A stretch of DNA of 64,000 nt, taken from NCBI GenBank assembly GCA_038065355.1, contig JBBTRC010000010.1:11452-75451 (forward strand), written 5' to 3'. The notes beneath the pieces were generated by a model that saw nothing but the letters and a program-made list of their open reading frames with translations, ran no database searches and had not been told where the DNA came from. Numbering within the stretch: the first letter of the stretch is position 1; each line of letters begins with the position of its first letter. The position numbers and the translations under genes are program-made. This document shows positions 57,522 to 64,000 of this stretch, piece by piece. The stretch comes from Patescibacteria group bacterium (GTDB lineage: Bacteria; Patescibacteriota; Minisyncoccia; Phycocordibacterales; UBA918).

Positions 57522-57556
57522 AAAAAGGCCGGCGCGCTTGCGCGCCGGCTTTTTTT
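57522..57556. terminator. bidirectional terminator A5-GGCCGGCGCG-CTTG-CGCGCCGGC-T7
   Basis: perfect GC stem flanked by A- and T-runs. Confidence 0.7.
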
Positions 57557-57566
57557 ACACAATCAA

Positions 57567-58346
57567 CTAAGGACCAAATCCTTGCAGGTCTGCCAATCGT
57601 CGAAACGTTGGCGAGACCGCATACGCTTCCTCCGCCGAACTACAAGTTGCCTCAACTTGTGACTCATCTTCTTGGCAGTCAGTGAGCTTTTTTAAAACTA
57701 CAAACTGATTGCAGTTACGTAATGTAGAGAAACGATGCGCGATCACTAAGGCAGAGATGTGACGAGAAAGGGCCGCGTCGATGCCTTCTTGTACCACCCG
57801 CTCGGTTTCCGAGTCGAGTGAGGCCGTCGCTTCGTCAATGAGAAGAAACGATGGGTTCTTGATAAGCGCGCGAGCGACACAGAGGCGTTGCTGTTCGCCG
57901 CCGGAGAGTTGCATGCCTTGCTTCCCTACGTGCGTGTCGAGGCCGTTTTTTCTAAAACGTTCTCGAAACAGTGGCGATATCGCATCAAGCGCCAACCACA
58001 CATCGCGGTCGGTTACTGTAGCTAAGTCCTCTTCATGGACGCTAAAGAGCACATTTTCTCGAACTGTACCACTGACGATTTCTGATCGCTGTGGGATCAC
58101 TCCGACGTGTCGTAGGAATGATCGAAGCTTCAGAGCCATAAGCGGGTGACGCTCTGCGCCAGTCACAAAGATCGTACCGCTGGTTGGATCAGTGCTGCGA
58201 ATCAAGAGTTTTCCAATGGAACTCTTGCCAGCGCCACTCACACCAACGAGGGCTGTTCGTACGCCCTCGTCAATGGTGAACGAAATATCTCGCAGTATAT
58301 GGGCACCACGGTACGCGAGTGACACGTGCTTGAACTCAATACGCAT
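57567..58346 (-). CDS. ABC exporter ATP-binding subunit (stand-alone NBD)
   Basis: Walker A GVSGAGKSS, LSGGEQQR, Walker B LLIDEATASLD; start MRIEF overlaps TMD gene stop (ATGCGTATTGA). Confidence 0.8.
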   Translation of the reverse strand: MRIEFKHVSLAYRGAHILRDISFTIDEGVRTALVGVSGAGKSSIGKLLIRSTDPTSGTIFVTGAERHPLMALKLRSFLRHVGVIPQRSEIVSGTVRENVLFSVHEEDLATVTDRDVWLALDAISPLFRERFRKNGLDTHVGKQGMQLSGGEQQRLCVARALIKNPSFLLIDEATASLDSETERVVQEGIDAALSRHISALVIAHRFSTLRNCNQFVVLKKLTDCQEDESQVEATCSSAEEAYAVSPTFRRLADLQGFGP

Positions 58347-59394
58347 GTTTTTTCTCCTCTGTGAACTCGATGCCGGTGTTGTAGTCGAAGGCTGGTTTTT
58401 TGGTGAGCGCCTCACGGGTCGCTCTGATACGCGCCACTTGCGCCGCGAGATGTCGCATGAGGTGGCCTATGAAGCCATACTCGCGCGAAATCATAAACAT
58501 GAGACTCGACACAGCCGCCAATGTGCCAGCAGTCCAAGACTCGTGTACGCCGTAGGCAAGAATGCCAACCGGCGTCAGTGTATTGATGAGTCGGCGTGAG
58601 AAATCAACCCTTTGAAACCAGTACGCCCAGATTTGTAAGTCTTCGGCGAGTGGTTTCTTGATTTCCTCCCCGACTTGCATGGCGGTTTTGTTTTCAACGC
58701 CGCCGGCTTTTACGCTGGCGACCATGTGGAGCTTCTCGACCGTGCGTCGGCTGAAGCGACGGAACTGCTCGTCGAGCGCACCCATTTTGGCATCAAGTGC
58801 GGCATTGCAGAAAAAGAACCACACTAGGTTGAAGATGGTCTGTAAGACCGCGACCACTGCCGCGAGGGTGCTGGTGAGAAACAAAAAAATCGTTGCCCCG
58901 ATGATGGTCGAAAAGACAATCGACGACTCAAACAAGAAAAGGTACAGAATGTTTTGCACCTTGTCCTTGACTGACTCGATTTGCTCAGCACCAACCTCGC
59001 TTTGCTCACTGATAATCTCGTCGTATGGGCGTTCGAACATCTTTCTCACCAGGCGCGTATGCACAGTGAAGAAATTTTGATTCCAGGCCCGCTCACGATA
59101 ATGATCGTGGAATGAGCCAAAGACAGTACCGACGGTCAGCACGCCCGACAACGCCAGGAGCAACAGATACGTCGCTTCTTTGTTGCCTACGTTTTCTGAG
59201 TCAATCACAAAACGCATCACGAACGGAACCGCTACCGATGTGGCAGTCGCTCCAACGAAAAGGCAGAAAAGCGCAATAACAATCTGTCGCTTGGCCTCAT
59301 TCCCCACAAGCTCATCAAGTACCCACCGGCACCCGGTGAGGGTCTCGGCGGCACTCAGAGCCGCGTTGGTATACAGTACCTTAAGGGAAGGCAT
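58336..59394 (-). CDS. ABC exporter transmembrane subunit (stand-alone TMD)
   Basis: 6-TM type-I exporter fold; translationally coupled to downstream NBD gene. Confidence 0.75.
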   Translation of the reverse strand: MPSLKVLYTNAALSAAETLTGCRWVLDELVGNEAKRQIVIALFCLFVGATATSVAVPFVMRFVIDSENVGNKEATYLLLLALSGVLTVGTVFGSFHDHYRERAWNQNFFTVHTRLVRKMFERPYDEIISEQSEVGAEQIESVKDKVQNILYLFLFESSIVFSTIIGATIFLFLTSTLAAVVAVLQTIFNLVWFFFCNAALDAKMGALDEQFRRFSRRTVEKLHMVASVKAGGVENKTAMQVGEEIKKPLAEDLQIWAYWFQRVDFSRRLINTLTPVGILAYGVHESWTAGTLAAVSSLMFMISREYGFIGHLMRHLAAQVARIRATREALTKKPAFDYNTGIEFTEEKKHAY

Positions 59395-59997
59395 CCTCGT
59401 CTCCTTTGTGATGATTGTAAAAGAACTGTTGCGACTGCATGGTAGTCAAAAGAACAAAAGCAGCGGGTCGTTAGACCCGCTGCTCTAATGAAATAAAGGT
59501 GAATTTATGTCGTTAAACCAACAGGCCAATACATACGAAAATATGAGCGAGAAGCGTTACCGCCACGATCCGCCATAAGAAACTGGCTCGCGAATGCAGT
59601 CGTTGCCACGGCCAAACGCCACGCCGGGGCGGTTGCTACACAGTGAAAAATGTATGAATGGATGCGCATATAAAAACTCTATCACGTTAACCTATACTGT
59701 CAATGACGATTGCGCGGCCTATTTCTTACATGGAATAGGCATATCAGGCCGGCGTGGAAAAAGTGCATTACGTCAATTGCCCTTCATGCTGTCTCTAGTA
59801 AAATATGACGCGTACCCAACATGGTACACGTGCGGAGCAGCGATGCTCCTTTTCCTTTCTAGCGCGGACGTAACGACTGAACAGCGGTGAGACCATAACA
59901 AAAACGTATTCAATTCAACCCACAACCCACTGACGACGCTTCGCTAGCCACAGGTCGTCAGTCACATACCAGTATTCACCTCACGCGCGTTCAAGTA

Positions 59998-60993
59998 ATG
60001 GTTGAGCTGTGCGTGTTTTTACTATCAATCGCGGTGCCTTTTTCGGTACATGCCGGACTTTTGGGAAAGCTTTTCCCCGCCGCTGAAGCGATGAGCGTTG
60101 AGCCGGAATCAATTGTTATGACGGGAGCCGCCGACATTGACCTCCTCACCGCCCTGCAAAATCCCAACCCCCAGAGCGCTCGTGGCGGTGCTGAGCTCAT
60201 CGTGAACGAAGGCGCACTTGTCTCGACGGGCCCGGTCGCTCCTGACGACATCACAAAGCAAAGCTCCAGCAACGGTGAGATTCGAGTCTACACGGTGCGT
60301 GAGGGTGACGCACTTTCCGAAATCGCCGAAATGTTTGATGTCACTACCAACACGATTATGTGGGCGAACGACCTCACCAAAGCCACTGCCATTCAGCCCG
60401 GCGACACCCTTATCATATTGCCGATCGCTGGCGTGCGACACATTGTGAAAAGTGGCGACACCATCAGTACCATTGCCAAGAAGTATGAGGGTGACGTCGA
60501 GGAAATCCTTTCTTACAACCAACTTGATTCAGCTGACAGCCTAGCAATCGGCGACACGCTTATCATCCCTGGCGGCGCCATGCATCTATCAACCAAAGTC
60601 GCAGTCGCCAATCCAGTACGGATAGGAGGAGTGACGGGCGGTGCCGACAGTAGCGGCTTCTCACATCCCGCCCCAGGCGCAGTGAAGACGCAGGGTATTC
60701 ACGGCTACAATGCCGTCGACTTGGCTGGGAGCTATGGCTCCGCGATTCGCGCGGCCGCTCCTGGCGAAGTGATAGTAGCCAAGAGTTCTGGTTGGAACGG
60801 AGGCTACGGTAGCTACATCGTGGTAAAGCATCCCAACGGTGCGCAGACACTTTACGCGCACCTTTCCACGCTGTACGTCGGTGTCGGTGCTTATGTCTCT
60901 CAAGCAGAAACTATCGGCGCTATGGGCAGCACAGGCAAATCAACCGGCGTCCATCTTCACTTTGAAGTTCGTGGCGCTCGCAATCCATTTTAA
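59998..60993 (+). CDS. secreted LysM-domain M23 metallopeptidase
   Basis: signal peptide, two LysM repeats (YTVREGDALSEIA..., HIVKSGDTISTIA...), C-terminal M23 motifs (HGYNAVDL, HLHFEV). Confidence 0.85.
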   Translation: MVELCVFLLSIAVPFSVHAGLLGKLFPAAEAMSVEPESIVMTGAADIDLLTALQNPNPQSARGGAELIVNEGALVSTGPVAPDDITKQSSSNGEIRVYTVREGDALSEIAEMFDVTTNTIMWANDLTKATAIQPGDTLIILPIAGVRHIVKSGDTISTIAKKYEGDVEEILSYNQLDSADSLAIGDTLIIPGGAMHLSTKVAVANPVRIGGVTGGADSSGFSHPAPGAVKTQGIHGYNAVDLAGSYGSAIRAAAPGEVIVAKSSGWNGGYGSYIVVKHPNGAQTLYAHLSTLYVGVGAYVSQAETIGAMGSTGKSTGVHLHFEVRGARNPF

Positions 60994-61029
60994 ACACACA
61001 GGCTTTTCATAACCTGCTAAAATGAGCCG

Positions 61030-61650
61030 ATGAGGCTCATTTTTTTGTTACTCGCCGGTTCCGTAAGCGTCTTTGTGGCGTATGGCGTATTCTTTGCTGA
61101 CGATTATTCGAAAGGCGTTAAAAACTATCCGTCAACGGGTACGGAAATTATAGCGTTCGGCGATAGTTTGATTGCCGGCGAAGGCGCTACGGCCGGCAAT
61201 GATTTAGTCTCGACGATCGGACGCCAGCTCGGCCAGCCAATTGTCAATCTTGGGAAGAGCGGCGACACGACCGAAACCGCGCTCGCTCGTCTTCCGAGTG
61301 TGCTCGCCCGCGACCCCAAGGTAGTGATTGTACTTTTGGGTGGCAATGATTACCTCCGCCGCGTCCCGCTCGAGGTGACGTTTGCTAACCTTGAAACTAT
61401 CGTGACCAACATTCAAGACGCTGGCGCTATTGTGGTGGTGCTTGGCGTTCGGGGCGGGATTTTAACTGACGATTATAAAAAACAGTTTGACCTGCTGACA
61501 AAAAAATACCACACCGCGTACGTTCCCGATGTGCTCTCGGGCGTAATTGCTCACCCTGAATTAATGCACGATACTATACACCCAAACGATGCTGGCTATG
61601 CGAAAATTGCCGACCGCGTGTATCCCGTGATTGAAGAACTCATTCACTAG
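61030..61650 (+). CDS. SGNH/GDSL-family hydrolase
   Basis: IIAFGDSLIAGEG block I, GGNDY block III, C-terminal DxxH. Confidence 0.75.
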   Translation: MRLIFLLLAGSVSVFVAYGVFFADDYSKGVKNYPSTGTEIIAFGDSLIAGEGATAGNDLVSTIGRQLGQPIVNLGKSGDTTETALARLPSVLARDPKVVIVLLGGNDYLRRVPLEVTFANLETIVTNIQDAGAIVVVLGVRGGILTDDYKKQFDLLTKKYHTAYVPDVLSGVIAHPELMHDTIHPNDAGYAKIADRVYPVIEELIH

Positions 61651-61767
61651 CTAGATACCGAATGTAGGATGACGCTCCAAGCGAATGTGGTTTCAGTCTT
61701 GTATTTTCTCGGTGAAAAGAGTATCCTGACCACAGGATTGTAAACTTCAAAGAGAGGAGAGTGTACC

Positions 61768-62340
61768 TTGTCAAAGGTTCCTAATATTCTCCAATATGAA
61801 CTGTTTCATATTGGAGAAGATCATCGTTCCGAAAGTGACATCGTGAGAGACATTACAAACCGTCTCGTTGAAAACGTTCAACTTCAGCTCGCGGGTGCCC
61901 CAACGGACATTTTTAATGGTCTGAAAACATGTATCCGTGTGTACGATCAGTCGCACTACGTAACTCACCTGGTCGGCATGTACATAAAAATTCAAGAACA
62001 AGCTGAACGATTGTTCTTGAAGTGTCAGGGTGCGGTTGCTCGGAAACATCATCTAAAAGCCTCGGTTACTAGTTGGTACGTTGGCATCGTTCAGCGCCGG
62101 ATGTCACGTTTGCGTGCACGTATACGACGTTACCTTGTGGAGTATCTAAAACAACCAAATGCGGTCTTAAATTCATGTGTGGAGTACGGTGTGCATGAGT
62201 ATCGTCCGATTCATGACGACGAACTGCCGGATATTCGTGCAATCATTCAAAATATAGACGGGCCATACGGGTTGTTTGTGTTCGCTCCAGGTGACTTACG
62301 GAATCCTGATCAAACGTTGCTTGCTCATATAACTCTCTAA
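61768..62340 (+). CDS. hypothetical protein (190 aa), low GC
   Basis: TTG start with SD GAGGAG; about 45% GC; followed by terminator AAAGCCGTGGCAACCGCTGCGGCT-T6. Confidence 0.4.
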   Translation: MSKVPNILQYELFHIGEDHRSESDIVRDITNRLVENVQLQLAGAPTDIFNGLKTCIRVYDQSHYVTHLVGMYIKIQEQAERLFLKCQGAVARKHHLKASVTSWYVGIVQRRMSRLRARIRRYLVEYLKQPNAVLNSCVEYGVHEYRPIHDDELPDIRAIIQNIDGPYGLFVFAPGDLRNPDQTLLAHITL

Positions 62341-62503
62341 AAAGCCGTGGCAACCGCTGCGGCTCATTTTTTGCTGCTCGCCGGCGTCGTCCGAACTTTT
62401 TTCTGTCTAATATATTCGCTCTGCTCGCCACAATACACTTGACATAGTTTGACTTATATAATATTGTAAAAACAGTTTTTCTCTCACCCAAAGGAGGTAA
62501 CAG

Positions 62504-63142
62504 ATGTCTAGAAAACTGCTGGGTGACGGATTATTCCTCATCCAAATTGGCTTTGCGCTCACGTTTGGCACGAGCCAATTCCTACAGATGCTTACTTCTG
62601 CCGAAGGAGTGAGCATGAGTTGGTTTGGATTCTGGCTGATCTTTTTACTACTGAATCTATGGCTCGCTTGGCACGCACACAAAGCAATGCCGAGTCGTGT
62701 AACGTTTCAAACACTTATTGCCTACTCAACGTGGACGATGGTGGTTACGTTGGACGTAAGCGTCATTGTTTTTAAGCAGGCTTGGGTGTGGAACGATCGC
62801 GACACACTCACCGCTTTTATTGCCATTGTTGGCGTACTGGCGACATTGTTTTGGGGTCGATTTGAGTTGACTAATCCACTGGTGAAGGGTTTCATGGCGG
62901 TTTTCTTTAAAGCCATCCCGCAATTCATCTTGGCCTGGAATATTTGGCTTGTCGGCGGTGCAGGGATGTCATGGATAGCGGTAATTGCTGGACACGCAAC
63001 CATTCTTTCACGGATAGGTCAGCTTGTGCTCTCGGTCAAAGAAGCCAGTTGGGACAGAAATCGAACTGGCTCGCTTATAAGCGAAGTCCCGAATGAGATT
63101 AGTTGGATAGCGGTAACGTTGGTCTTGCTACTCAAACTCTAA
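62504..63142 (+). CDS. integral membrane protein (about 6 TM, 212 aa)
   Basis: SD AAAGGAGG; TTGACA/TATAAT-like promoter at about 62439-62468; followed by near-identical terminator AAAGCCGTTGCTCACGCAACGGCTTTT. Confidence 0.45.
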   Translation: MSRKLLGDGLFLIQIGFALTFGTSQFLQMLTSAEGVSMSWFGFWLIFLLLNLWLAWHAHKAMPSRVTFQTLIAYSTWTMVVTLDVSVIVFKQAWVWNDRDTLTAFIAIVGVLATLFWGRFELTNPLVKGFMAVFFKAIPQFILAWNIWLVGGAGMSWIAVIAGHATILSRIGQLVLSVKEASWDRNRTGSLISEVPNEISWIAVTLVLLLKL

Positions 63143-63168
63143 AGCCGTTGCTCACGCAACGGCTTTTA

Positions 63169-63528
63169 CTATTCATCAAACATCACCTCAATGTTATTTC
63201 CGTCCGGATCCAGAATAAAAGCGGCATAATAGTTGGGAGTATAGTCTCGAGGGCCGGGTGCACCGTTATCTTTTCCGCCATTAGCCAATGCCGCCTCATA
63301 GAACGCATCAACAAGTGTTTTGTCGCCTACTCTAAATGCAACATGTATGGGAGCGACTCTGCCCTCACCAGCAAATTGCCAGATTTCAAAAAGGCCACCC
63401 TGCACGTTAAAAGCACAAAATCCTCCCTCTTCAAATGCAATCGTATAGCGGAGCGGCTCGAAGACATGTAGAAAAAAGGTTCGGCTTTTTTCAAAATTTA
63501 GTACGTTTAGGGCAACATGGTCTATCAT
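63169..63528 (-). CDS. VOC/glyoxalase-family protein
   Basis: 119 aa; paired beta-alpha-beta-beta-beta modules (HVALNV..., HVAFRV...). Confidence 0.7.
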   Translation of the reverse strand: MIDHVALNVLNFEKSRTFFLHVFEPLRYTIAFEEGGFCAFNVQGGLFEIWQFAGEGRVAPIHVAFRVGDKTLVDAFYEAALANGGKDNGAPGPRDYTPNYYAAFILDPDGNNIEVMFDE

Positions 63529-63766
63529 ATAAAAAGTATAGCTTGCAGTTAAATAATCGCATAGTTACAGATACACATAAAATTTATAAAGGTACGCGGT
63601 ATTGGAGTGCCTCAAGCACGGGCGGTGCTGTGATGTGTTCACTCGCATCGAGGTCGGCGATGGTGAGAAAGTTCGGGGGATTTTCGCAAGAGGTTGCCAG
63701 CAATTTTGTGACTCAAGGAAACAAAATGGCGTCAACCTGAACAGGTCCTGTAAGGAAGATAGCTGA

Positions 63767-64000
63767 CTATAGTGGAACTCTATACTGAAGCGCTTCCAAA
63801 ACATGATTGACACCAATGTTCTCAGAGTTGTCCAAGTCAGCTATCGTCCGGGCGACTTTGATGAGCCTATGATAGCTACGCGGTGAAAGGTTTAATTTGG
63901 CGCTTGAAACTTTTAATAAGTCTTTCACATCACTATTTAAATGGATGGTAGTTTCTATGTCGCGCGCGGAGAGATTGGCGTTGGTGGAGGGAAGATCCTC
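63767..64000 (-). CDS. comM: Mg-chelatase-like AAA+ protein ComM/YifB, C-terminal fragment (gene runs off window)
   Basis: translated tail ...LSPRSYHRLIKVARTIADLDNSENIGVNHVLEALQYRVPL* matches YifB C-terminus. Confidence 0.6.
   Translation of the reverse strand, partial: EDLPSTNANLSARDIETTIHLNSDVKDLLKVSSAKLNLSPRSYHRLIKVARTIADLDNSENIGVNHVLEALQYRVPL

Noticed and set aside
58336-58415. Frameshifted (pseudogenised) fused ABC exporter
   Set aside because: The junction is a clean ATG..TGA coupling overlap with an intact NBD start (MRIEFKHV). Treated as a split two-gene transporter.
59594-59890. 98-aa ORF in the 600-bp spacer
   Set aside because: No SD, Cys/Tyr-rich odd composition and no homology signal. 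Kept only as part of the spacer observation.
61025-61050. Hairpin ATGAGCC-GATG-AGGCTCAT-T7 as a terminator before the SGNH gene
   Set aside because: The hairpin contains the gene's own ATG and the first codons of its signal peptide. It is more likely a coincidental 5' mRNA structure than a terminator.

Overview
This is a chromosomal, origin-proximal window from a bacterium with roughly 55% GC. The origin neighbourhood is dnaA-dnaN on the minus strand, divergent rpmH-rnpA-yidC, and an AT-rich dnaA/dnaN spacer. Coordinates that I re-derived by hand may be off by 1-2 nt.

Core genes present: zur-znuA-znuC-znuB; a complete F1Fo ATP synthase operon atpBEFHAGDC on the minus strand with unusually short delta and epsilon subunits; rpsT; ruvA; ruvB-yebC-ruvC; tyrS; PBP1A; polA; a MurE-like ligase; an Lnt-like protein; a SpoU/TrmH methyltransferase; tRNA-Lys(UUU); tsaE; a PilB/GspE-type ATPase; ksgA; pcrA/uvrD; a two-gene ABC exporter; a LysM-M23 peptidase; an SGNH hydrolase; a VOC protein; and a partial comM/yifB at the right edge.

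Accessory content:
(i) A roughly 5-kb locus between polA and tsaE (24.0-29.1 kb). Three ORFs with good Shine-Dalgarno sites sit in about 2.3 kb of non-coding DNA: a 200-aa RAMP-like protein, a 608-aa DinG/XPD Fe-S helicase and a 122-aa orphan. The non-coding DNA is packed with a family of covarying GTCGGGAG/CTCCCGAC hairpins, larger paralogous structured units, and a near-canonical type III hammerhead motif.
(ii) A 12-kb type-IV-secretion-like island (42.6-54.3 kb) with a split VirB4. It is bracketed by same-orientation copies of a roughly 100-bp palindromic repeat family; four copies occur in the window.
(iii) A low-GC islet downstream of tRNA-Lys, with tandem partial copies of the tRNA 5' end upstream.
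(iv) Two adjacent giant secreted proteins.
(v) A paralogous structured element that recurs inside the atp operon.
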